The position numbers and the translations under genes were made by a program. This document shows positions 50,660-59,013 of a stretch of DNA of 64,000 nt, piece by piece. The notes beneath the pieces are model-generated. The model was given only the letters and a program-made list of their open reading frames with translations. It was not told where the DNA came from and did not search any database. Numbering within the stretch: position 1 is the first letter of the stretch; every line of letters starts with the position of its first letter. The stretch lies in assembly GCA_965223295.1 (NCBI GenBank), contig CBDCWC010000002.1, positions 672,001-736,000 on the forward strand. Direction: 5' to 3'. The stretch is from Nitrospirales bacterium (GTDB taxonomy: Bacteria; Nitrospirota; Nitrospiria; Nitrospirales; UBA8639).

Positions 50660-50836
50660 TTACGGTGTCCTACGCGGACGAGCCATGCCTTCACATCCCC
50701 CCAACCAGGCACACAGAACTTCATAGAGTTGCACAATCCCCCATAATGTCGCGGGCACAACGATGACAAAAATTGTCACAATCCCAAAAAGACGCCACAG
50801 TGGATGCCTGGCTGCAAATGAAGAATCACTCGGCAT
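50660..50836 (-). CDS. Small membrane protein (58 aa), below ORF-track cutoff
   Basis: MPSDSSFAARHPLWRLFGIVTIFVIVVPATLWGIVQLYEVLCAWLGGC...; fills the gap between co-oriented genes. Confidence 0.5.
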   Translation of the reverse strand: MPSDSSFAARHPLWRLFGIVTIFVIVVPATLWGIVQLYEVLCAWLGGCEGMARPRRTP

Positions 50837-50847
50837 AGATCAATGAA

Positions 50848-51504
50848 TTACATCAAGCCCCGTTTTTGAAGATAGTCTTTATCAATGATGGGGGCGGAAG
50901 GTGGAGACAAGGTGCCATTGGCTTGCAGCAGACGTTCAACATATTTGCCAATCAGGTCAGATTCAAGGTTCACAGAATCTCCAATTTGCTTAAGACCTAT
51001 CGTGGTCACTTGTGCGGTATGAGGGATAATCGCCACCGCAAAAGAACGGTCTCTCACGCCATTGATCGTTAAACTAATGCCGTCCATTGTAATTGATCCT
51101 TTGACCACGCAATAGCGCATAATTTCTTCTGGCGCTTCGATGGTAAGCTGGATCGCATTCCCATCCTGTTCACGTGTACGCAATACGCCTAGGCCATCGA
51201 CATGGCCTGTGACAAGATGGCCTCCCATTCTCGCATTTAACTTCATGGCCCGTTCGAGATTGACGGGCGTTCCAACAGCAATATTTCCTAAAACCGTACG
51301 ATTCAAAGTCTCGGTCGAGACATCGACAGAAAAACCCTGCTCTTCAATGTTCGTCACCGTCAAACAAGTACCGGAAACGCTGACGCTATCCCCCACATGC
51401 AGATCATCTAAAATCACGGAGGCCAAAATAGAAAACTTAGCACCAGCGAGACCTTTATCCATAGACTGGATTGCGCCCATTTCTTCAACAATCCCACTAA
51501 ACAT
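50848..51504 (-). CDS. ribE: Riboflavin synthase (alpha chain)
   Basis: MFSGIVEE, GTCLTV, GGHLVTGHVD, KGSITMDGISLT. Confidence 0.95.
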   Translation of the reverse strand: MFSGIVEEMGAIQSMDKGLAGAKFSILASVILDDLHVGDSVSVSGTCLTVTNIEEQGFSVDVSTETLNRTVLGNIAVGTPVNLERAMKLNARMGGHLVTGHVDGLGVLRTREQDGNAIQLTIEAPEEIMRYCVVKGSITMDGISLTINGVRDRSFAVAIIPHTAQVTTIGLKQIGDSVNLESDLIGKYVERLLQANGTLSPPSAPIIDKDYLQKRGLM

Positions 51505-51518
51505 ATGACTCCTGAGGG

Positions 51519-51653
51519 CTATTCATCCGTCTCTTCATCTTTTTTCAATAGAACGGTTTTCACAACCACAAGAAAGACGATAATTAATACCACCACACCT
51601 AATGCCGCCAACACGCCAATGACGATGTCCCCAGTTCCCATTGGTTCGTCCAT
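51519..51653 (-). CDS. Small single-pass membrane protein (44 aa), below ORF-track cutoff
   Basis: GGAGG RBS; MDEPMGTGDIVIGVLAALGVVVLIIVFLVVVKTVLLKKDEETDE. Confidence 0.6.
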   Translation of the reverse strand: MDEPMGTGDIVIGVLAALGVVVLIIVFLVVVKTVLLKKDEETDE

Positions 51654-51679
51654 AAGTCTTTTCCTCCATTCGGAAACCA

Positions 51680-52867
51680 TTATAGCATGGCCGGTTTCTT
51701 GATCCCTATCATCATGACGCCAAAATACACTGCTGTGATCAGTAATATCATGCCAATATAAAAGAACCCTTGACCATAGCCAAGCTGCTGAATGAGTAAT
51801 CCCGCCACCAATGGCCCACCGGCATGTCCGGTATCCATAATCGTTCCGCGCAATCCCATACCGGCACCAAGACTTTTTCCTTCTGACAAATCTGCGACTA
51901 ACGCGGTGGTTGAGGACGTCACGACCGCTTCTCCAAATCCGAAGGCACCCGCCACCAAGAGTAACAACCCATAGGCTTCAATATGAGGAATGCACATCAT
52001 CATAAAGGCACACAAACACAATCCGCCAACAATGAGCAGACGCCGGGAACTTCGATCGGATAGACGGCCCATGAACGGTTTTGCGATAAAGGACGTGAAG
52101 GCTTGGACGCCAAACAACACGCCAATCTCTGCAGCATTTAATCCAATTAAAAGGCCATACAAAGGAAGGAAGGCCATGAGTGTCCCATTGCCCACCATTT
52201 TCGCAGCTTCAACCAAACTCGTCATGAGAATTGAAGTATTTTGACAAACACGCCGCAGGCCATCACGCATTTCTAGCCAGAGCGTCGCAAATGAATGTTG
52301 TGGAGAAGATCTAACGGCGGAAGAGGAAGGGATCAAATAAAAAAAGCCTACCGCCAACAAGCCAAACATTCCCGCTAGGATAAATGCGGGGATAAATCCA
52401 TATTCATAGACGATGAGCCCGCCAATCATCGGGCCTAGCAACCCACCACCTTGAGCCGCAGAAGTGTACCACCCAAACGCTTCACCACGCTGTTGTACAA
52501 ACCATTCACCAACCATCGCTAAGGCTAATGGTGTATACATGGCCGTGGCTAATCCATGAACCAAGCGCAGGGCTCCCAACGTGGACAAATCAGAAATAAA
52601 GGGATAGAAAAATGGCGGGATTGTAAACGCTAAGACTCCGCCTATCATTAACCGCTTCCGGTTTACGACATCTGACAGTATCCCCATGGGCAGTTTCAAA
52701 AATATTCCTGTGATAGTCGAAAGCGCGATCATCATTCCCACCATAAAAGGACTCGCTCCCAGGGAATCAGCCAGTAAGGCCAAAGCCGGACGACGCACCA
52801 TGTCGTAACTGACAAAACAACACAGTCCCACAAGACACAGGTAAATAAAAGAGCGTGAAGGCTTCAT
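51680..52867 (-). CDS. MFS transporter
   Basis: About 12 TM helices; motif A GILSDVVNRKR and GRLSDRSSRR. Confidence 0.9.
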   Translation of the reverse strand: MKPSRSFIYLCLVGLCCFVSYDMVRRPALALLADSLGASPFMVGMMIALSTITGIFLKLPMGILSDVVNRKRLMIGGVLAFTIPPFFYPFISDLSTLGALRLVHGLATAMYTPLALAMVGEWFVQQRGEAFGWYTSAAQGGGLLGPMIGGLIVYEYGFIPAFILAGMFGLLAVGFFYLIPSSSAVRSSPQHSFATLWLEMRDGLRRVCQNTSILMTSLVEAAKMVGNGTLMAFLPLYGLLIGLNAAEIGVLFGVQAFTSFIAKPFMGRLSDRSSRRLLIVGGLCLCAFMMMCIPHIEAYGLLLLVAGAFGFGEAVVTSSTTALVADLSEGKSLGAGMGLRGTIMDTGHAGGPLVAGLLIQQLGYGQGFFYIGMILLITAVYFGVMMIGIKKPAML

Positions 52868-53151
52868 ACAACGTTCAACGGTTGACGTCGCTCGGCAAAC
52901 CACTGTGTGGCAAATACTGAGAAAAGAGCAATGGAAGGCGGGACTGTATAGAGTAAGAGATTTCTACTTTCCCAGTTCAAGCTACCAATGGTCGTCGATA
53001 TAGTCAACGAAAAGACTCCATCCGATCCTCTCCCGCATGAAACTTGTTCGTGTGACTCAACACAATCTTCATCATTCTGTGTCAAAAGTAAGAAGTGCTA
53101 TCGTTAAGATTTTAAGCCTGTTAAGGTGAACCGATCAGACCCGATTCACTT

Positions 53152-54456
53152 ATGACCCGTCAACTCCCCGAAGAACTCATTCTCCTCATTCATGTCCTCA
53201 AATGGCTGATCCTCGCAGCAGGGATTGGTGCGTGCGTGGGCCTCACAAGTACAGGCTTTGTCTTGTTCTTAAATCTTTTTATTAGCCAAATGCAAAGCGT
53301 GTCTTGGACGTTTTGGCTATTGCCCCTAGGCTTAGCGCTGTCAGCCTGGATTACCACCGCCCTAGTCCCGGAAGCCGGCGGGCAAGGCGTGGAACGAGTG
53401 ATCCGGGCAATCCATTTACAATCTGGAAAAATTTCATGGCAAGTCATCCCAGCCAAAATCGCCGCCACCATTCTCACAATCGGCAGCGGAGGGTCGGCAG
53501 GGAACGTGGGACCCTGTGTACAAATAGGCAGTGGGTTCGCTTCCCTGATCTCTGATATTCTTCAATTTGACGCACCAGATCGAAAGACATTGGTCATTTG
53601 CGGATTAAGTGCAGGCTTTGCATCTATCTTTGGTACTCCCCTCGCTGGAGCGTTTTTTGGGATCGAGGCCCTCTTTGTTGGCTCATTAACGTATCATGCT
53701 TTGTTTCCTTCCGTGGTCGCCGCTATGGTCGGCTCCATAACCGCACAATTTGCTGGAATGCCAGCCATGGGGTTTGTGGCCTCAGCCTTTCCGATCATGG
53801 ATGGCACGCTTTTATTACTGGCCTTATTGGGAGGCATGATTTTTGGCCTTTGCTCACTAGTGCTTGTTGAATGTCTTAACGGCGCTAAGCGGCTAACCTA
53901 TTATTTGCCGGTTTCACCTTTCCTCCAAGGTGCTATTGGAGGAGCTCTCCTCTTTGGGATCACCTGGCTTGCTTCGCCGGAAGTCCTCGGATTGGGGAAG
54001 GAGACGATTCAACGAGCGTTGGAAGGAGGCTCGATTGCCTGGGGCTTGGTATTGGGAAAAATCCTGACCACAACCCTGACACTGAATACCGGTGGGAGCG
54101 GCGGGATTGTTTTACCGATATGTTTTGTTGGAGCAACGGCAGGGTCTGCACTTGGATGGGCTCTCGGTCAAGATCCCAGTCTGTTTGCCGCGTTAGGATT
54201 GGCGGCACTCTTAGCCGGTTCCATTAACACACCTGTGACAGCGGTTCTGTTGGGGCTCGAATTATTTGGGATGGCGAGCGGACCCTACCTCTTACTGAAT
54301 TGCACGATGGCCTTTTTACTCTCTGGGCATCGCAGTGCTATTCCAACTCAACTGCTGCAATTCCAAAAGGCTCCAGCATTGCAAGCACAAATCAATCAGG
54401 AAATTGGAAGTCTTGAGAGAAGAAAGTCAGACACGTTCCAGGATGGAAACACATAA
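53152..54456 (+). CDS. ClC-family chloride channel protein
   Basis: GQGVE, GGSAGNVGP, FGTPLAGAFFGIE, GGSGGIVLP, INTPVTA. Confidence 0.88.
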   Translation: MTRQLPEELILLIHVLKWLILAAGIGACVGLTSTGFVLFLNLFISQMQSVSWTFWLLPLGLALSAWITTALVPEAGGQGVERVIRAIHLQSGKISWQVIPAKIAATILTIGSGGSAGNVGPCVQIGSGFASLISDILQFDAPDRKTLVICGLSAGFASIFGTPLAGAFFGIEALFVGSLTYHALFPSVVAAMVGSITAQFAGMPAMGFVASAFPIMDGTLLLLALLGGMIFGLCSLVLVECLNGAKRLTYYLPVSPFLQGAIGGALLFGITWLASPEVLGLGKETIQRALEGGSIAWGLVLGKILTTTLTLNTGGSGGIVLPICFVGATAGSALGWALGQDPSLFAALGLAALLAGSINTPVTAVLLGLELFGMASGPYLLLNCTMAFLLSGHRSAIPTQLLQFQKAPALQAQINQEIGSLERRKSDTFQDGNT

Positions 54457-54584
54457 ACCGGAAGGGAAAACGACGGCCTATACCTTTCGCGAATCTGAAA
54501 CCTCTTCTTTAGGTTTCAAACAACGCCGCACGAACCACATGAATCCCATAAACAAGTGAGAAGACTCCCGTCTGATGAAAACAA

Positions 54585-54917
54585 TTAGGAAAGAGCATCC
54601 TGCTCGGTTGGACAAATCACAATCAGATCATGAAGTTGTAAATTTTTCACCAAGTCCCCAACAAAACCTTGAGGTTCAATCCAGGAAATTTTGCGTCCCA
54701 GGTCTTTGAATTGTTGCGAACACAATATGAGAAATCCCAGACCTGCACTGTCCACAAATGTTAATCCTTGCAGATTAAGAATCAGATGTTCAAATTCGGT
54801 CTGGCAACATTGATTAATGATCGCTTTCATATGCCATCGGGAATGCATATCCAACCGGCCATGAAAGTCTACCACCGTGGCCCCTGGACAACCTCGTACA
54901 ATTACATCTATCGCCAT
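54585..54917 (-). CDS. STAS-domain anti-sigma-factor antagonist
   Basis: GRLD, LTFVDSAGLG. Confidence 0.85.
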   Translation of the reverse strand: MAIDVIVRGCPGATVVDFHGRLDMHSRWHMKAIINQCCQTEFEHLILNLQGLTFVDSAGLGFLILCSQQFKDLGRKISWIEPQGFVGDLVKNLQLHDLIVICPTEQDALS

Positions 54918-55074
54918 GATCTTATGAATCTTATCGGCTTCCTGAGAAGAAGCTTGACAGTTTTTCGTATACATTGGTGGTTCACTTCTCTTGTACCAAC
55001 ACATCGTCATCTGCGGGATATTTCACCTGTTATCCCGATTTTTATAGTTTTACCTATATAGAGACACATTAGGA

Positions 55075-55264
55075 GGGGCTGTTGAATACTGATGATATTA
55101 ACGGCCAAATTTTCATCTCTGCGACGTCACATGTCAGAAGCCTCGGGTCTGTTCAAAAAGGTTCGTTCAGCAAGGCCGCAGCCATTCTTGCGCACGGAGC
55201 GTACTGATTATGTGAGCAAGGAAAAAGGGCGAGAACGCCGGTGACGGCTATTTTCAAAAGACCC
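55075..55264 (-). mobile_element. MITE copy 6, reverse orientation, diverged
   Basis: Reverse complement matches the family; tail resembles copy 3; no clean target duplication. Confidence 0.8.
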
Positions 55265-55307
55265 GTTAGTGTTTTTTCCGATCACTCCTGATACAATTTT
55301 ATTGTCC

Positions 55308-57167
55308 ATGCCGCCTGCCATTCATCCGATTGACCTCATTGAAATCCTTCGTGAGCACCAGTTAACTCCCGCCATTATCTTTTTGACTTCTCGACGCGGA
55401 TGCGACGAGGCTATCGACACCTTTCTCCATACGTCAGCGGGTATCTCAGCTTCTCATTCCGTAGCCATTCAGACATTTTTTGAACAATTTTCTCAAGAAT
55501 TCCCAAGTATCGCGGATCATCCCCTCATCCCTGTCGTGCAGGAATATGGCGTAGCCGCCCATCATGCAGGACATTTGCCTTCCTGGAAAATGGCTGTTGA
55601 AGAACTGATGCGGCGAGGGCTTCTAGATGCGGTGTTTGCCACCACCACTCTCGCCGCTGGTGTAGATTTCCCCGCCCGAACCGTAGTTGTGAGTCAATCC
55701 AGTGTCCGTAAGTCACAAGATTTTACAGATTTAACGGTCAGCGAAATTCAGCAGTTAGCTGGGCGAGGAGGACGCCGGGGAAAAGACTTTGTGGGATTTG
55801 TCGTCATTACCCCATCGCCATACATCGATTTGCATGTGTTAGGCAAGGGCCTCACGGGCCATCCTGAAGCCATTGATAGTCAATTTTTGGTCTCCTACCC
55901 TATGGTCTTGAATCTCCTCAAGGCTCATACAGTGGATCAAATCGAAGGACTGTTGGCCAAAAGTTTTGCACAGTTTCAACTGAATCAACGCGCCACGGTT
56001 CACCAAGATCGGTTGGATGACATAAACGAACAACTTGTGCCCTATGGTCCCAGAGAATGTGCGGATTGGGTGGCACAATGGAAAGTGTTCGATTTGGCCC
56101 GCCGCCGCAAAGCTCATCGCCGGCCAGTCCTGCATACTGATACACCCTATCTCAAGGCCTCTTTGCCATTCCTGACTCCAGGCCGCCTCGTTGCCTTGGC
56201 CAAAGGTCCCGCCATTATTCTTCGCCAATATCGAAGCCGCGGCACAGGCACCCCAATGTTGTCCGTCCTCCATGCAAAGGGGACCATTGGGGAATGCCAG
56301 GCACAACGCGTGGCACAGATCTACGATCAGGTGTATGACTTTCAACCCATTCGGACTTTACCGTGGTGTCCACCTCGCACTCTGCATCATTTTAAAACCG
56401 TCTTGACTCAATTGCCGTCCAGGCTGCCGACCGTGCCGATTTTTGAAGCCAAGCAAGACATGGAAGATCCGATGTTAACCGCTGTGCTCACAGATGAATT
56501 TGCCTGTCCGTCCTGCCCCTCACATGCCGCATGCAAGAAAGATTTCCCCCTCGCCTCACGCCTACGACTAAAAGCCCAACAACTCACGAAAACGATTCAG
56601 GCTTTACGTGATGGTCTGTGGCATCAATTTCAACAAAAGGGTGATGTGCTCCATAAATTTGACTACATCACTGCAAGCCTGCAATTAACACAAGACGGCG
56701 AATGGGCTCGTCTCATTCGCATTAACCATTCCCTGTTGATCACCGAACTCATTCGGATGGAGGCATTTTCCGGCGTAACGCCAGCTCTTCTGGCAGGAGT
56801 GATGGCAAGTATCGCCCATGACGATGATCGCCCTAGTTCCTATATGCGCCTATCGGCTGGGATGAGTTCAATGCTTTCTCAAGTGAGGCAGGTCGCCGAT
56901 TCACTTCATGCCTATGAACCAGCTCCGCTCCTGCGATCAGATGTCGCCGCGATCGCGGAACGCTGGATTGGACAGACCGATCTCAGTTGGACTTCCCTGG
57001 TCAAGTCCACTTCAATGGCTGAAGGTGATGTCTATCGTCTTTTAGCCAGAACCTTGGAATTTCTTTCACAAATCTATGGGCTTAAAGCGACCCATCCAGG
57101 GTTGGCAGATTCCGCTCATGCAGCCATGGTGAATATGCGACGGGAAGTCTTGGCCGAATTACCCTAA
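55308..57167 (+). CDS. HelY/Ski2-like helicase, C-terminal half (RecA2, winged helix, arch, DSHCT)
   Basis: PAIIFLTSRRGCD, HHAGHLP, FATTTLAAGVDFPA, QLAGRGGRRG, EGDVYRL; no Walker A/B; TGa-TACAAT at 55289-55297. Confidence 0.85.
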   Translation: MPPAIHPIDLIEILREHQLTPAIIFLTSRRGCDEAIDTFLHTSAGISASHSVAIQTFFEQFSQEFPSIADHPLIPVVQEYGVAAHHAGHLPSWKMAVEELMRRGLLDAVFATTTLAAGVDFPARTVVVSQSSVRKSQDFTDLTVSEIQQLAGRGGRRGKDFVGFVVITPSPYIDLHVLGKGLTGHPEAIDSQFLVSYPMVLNLLKAHTVDQIEGLLAKSFAQFQLNQRATVHQDRLDDINEQLVPYGPRECADWVAQWKVFDLARRRKAHRRPVLHTDTPYLKASLPFLTPGRLVALAKGPAIILRQYRSRGTGTPMLSVLHAKGTIGECQAQRVAQIYDQVYDFQPIRTLPWCPPRTLHHFKTVLTQLPSRLPTVPIFEAKQDMEDPMLTAVLTDEFACPSCPSHAACKKDFPLASRLRLKAQQLTKTIQALRDGLWHQFQQKGDVLHKFDYITASLQLTQDGEWARLIRINHSLLITELIRMEAFSGVTPALLAGVMASIAHDDDRPSSYMRLSAGMSSMLSQVRQVADSLHAYEPAPLLRSDVAAIAERWIGQTDLSWTSLVKSTSMAEGDVYRLLARTLEFLSQIYGLKATHPGLADSAHAAMVNMRREVLAELP

Positions 57168-57186
57168 CTAAAAAAAAAGAGCACTG

Positions 57187-58224
57187 ATGAATGATGCCGA
57201 TCTACAGCGTGAATTAGCTTCTCTCCCTGTCAAGTATTTACATCAACTCGCGAAAGGGCATATCCATCGGCATTTTCGACTTGGCAAGCGTCGCCTTATT
57301 GACAATATTCTGGCTCTCCCTCCTGATCAAAAAATGGCCATCGCCAGCGCATTAGAACAGAGATCTCCCATCCCCAAAACATCTCCATCTGAGCCAACGA
57401 CAGAAGAGGATCATACACTTTTTTACCCTCAACCTCGCTCGAAAAAAAGATCCCACCATCTCAAAGCCACATCTCCAGTCGTTGAACTGCCTGAGCTTCT
57501 TGACGGAATAGGAGTACCAGAACCCAAACCATTTGTTCCCGATCCTTGGCAGCAAGAGGCTGTGGAATCCATTGCTCAGACCGACGTCATTGTCAGTGCG
57601 CCAACAGGAAGCGGAAAAACTTATGTCGCACTTGAAGCCATCAAACAAGCGATGGCTGCGAATCAAACCGTGATCTACACCTCTCCACTCAAAGCACTTT
57701 CCAATACAAAATATATGGAATTCTCGCAATGCTTTGGATCTGATCAAGTGGGCATTCTGACAGGAGATCGGCGAGACAACGCACAAGCCCCGCTTCTGGT
57801 CATGACAACCGAAATTCTAAGAAACGTCCTCTATGACTCGGCCAGCGGAGATCTTGACCTTCGTCTTCATATGTTAGGATTAGTTATTCTTGATGAGTCG
57901 CAGTATTTAGCAGATCCGGAACGAGGAGTGGTGTGGGAAGAAACGCTTATTCTTTGTCCACCGCAAACTCGTTTGTTGTTGCTTTCTGCGTCAATCGGCA
58001 ATCCTCAGGAATTGGCTGAATGGTTGACCTCCATTCGTCCAACCCGGTGCCATCTCATTCGCCATACGACTCGATCTGTTCCTCTACGGGCACTCTATTT
58101 ACATCCCACAGGACAGCTTGTCCCTCTTCTCGACAAACGAGATATTCAGCAGCAAAAGAGCTATCGGTTTCACCCAGAAACCAAACGTTTATTTGCCCAT
58201 TATGAATTTAAATCTTCACGTTAA
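57187..58224 (+). CDS. HelY/Ski2-like helicase, N-terminal half (RecA1)
   Basis: DPWQQEA, APTGSGKT, SPLKALSN, MTTEILRN, DESQYL, LSASIGN, RSVPL. Confidence 0.88.
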   Translation: MNDADLQRELASLPVKYLHQLAKGHIHRHFRLGKRRLIDNILALPPDQKMAIASALEQRSPIPKTSPSEPTTEEDHTLFYPQPRSKKRSHHLKATSPVVELPELLDGIGVPEPKPFVPDPWQQEAVESIAQTDVIVSAPTGSGKTYVALEAIKQAMAANQTVIYTSPLKALSNTKYMEFSQCFGSDQVGILTGDRRDNAQAPLLVMTTEILRNVLYDSASGDLDLRLHMLGLVILDESQYLADPERGVVWEETLILCPPQTRLLLLSASIGNPQELAEWLTSIRPTRCHLIRHTTRSVPLRALYLHPTGQLVPLLDKRDIQQQKSYRFHPETKRLFAHYEFKSSR

Positions 58225-58437
58225 TATTTCAACTTCCAACATCATCAGCCTGCGGCATTTATCGCACACCTTGTGGTATAGAAAAGACGACGCTAAGTCA
58301 GTAATCCCATAATATATTATTAACTATCTTATAAATACTTGATTTTCTTTTGATTTCATTTCAAGCATACAATTTGCTTAATTTTTAGGCTGACGTTTAA
58401 GTCAAGAGGATAAGAGTGCCAAAATTATTAAAATAAT

Positions 58438-58977
58438 ATGAAGTTTTATAAACCCCCAAAAATATTCAAAAAACAAGCTACAATGCTGGCTGGAATGGTG
58501 CTTCTGAGTTTCAGCATCATGGGCTGTCAGAGCTTTCAGCCAAAAAATCCTGGAGAACTTGCCCTGCAAAATGATGCGTTTATTAGCTTGTGGGATGAGT
58601 ATAATCATTGCGTAGTCGGCTCGAACATCGAGGCTATGCAAGAAAGCCTTAAGGTCTTACTTGCAGCTCCATCACCCATTTCGCTTGAGGACTCTCCCAT
58701 CCCTATTCCTGATTTCCTGAAAGGATTAACAAGCAGCAGGAATTCTCGTTTATCTGTTGACCCACGCGCTATGGCGGCCTCTTGCTCCATGCATCTTGCG
58801 GAATCTGCCCGTCAGTCATCGGACTGGCATACCGCTCTCTCCACATTACAATCCATCGTCAACAATTACCCTGAGCCCCAGTATGCCTTCTATGTGTCAA
58901 AGGCCACCCAAGCCATTGAACAATTTTCCTCTATCCAACCCGTCTCACTACAATCTTGGGACGCTTTCGTTCATTAA
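58438..58977 (+). CDS. Hypothetical lipoprotein with TPR-like C-terminus
   Basis: IMGC lipobox; IVNNYP..QYA. Confidence 0.55.
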   Translation: MKFYKPPKIFKKQATMLAGMVLLSFSIMGCQSFQPKNPGELALQNDAFISLWDEYNHCVVGSNIEAMQESLKVLLAAPSPISLEDSPIPIPDFLKGLTSSRNSRLSVDPRAMAASCSMHLAESARQSSDWHTALSTLQSIVNNYPEPQYAFYVSKATQAIEQFSSIQPVSLQSWDAFVH

Positions 58978-59013
58978 GCTTTCTATCTCCCTTTCCTCAC
59001 AATTCCCATTCCC

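Noticed and set aside
52870-53150. FMN or fluoride riboswitch between MFS/ribE and ClC
   Set aside because: No recognisable consensus of either aptamer by eye; an Rfam scan would be decisive.
4457-55264. Repeats as a CRISPR array
   Set aside because: Copies are dispersed, have no regular spacers, and no cas genes are present.
55839-56406. Antisense and alternate-frame ORFs within long genes (here and throughout the window)
   Set aside because: Shadow ORFs of well-supported genes with no independent evidence.
57165-57187. A9 run as a frameshift joining the helicase halves
   Set aside because: The run lies after the first gene's stop, and the second frame has its own TAA at 57169.
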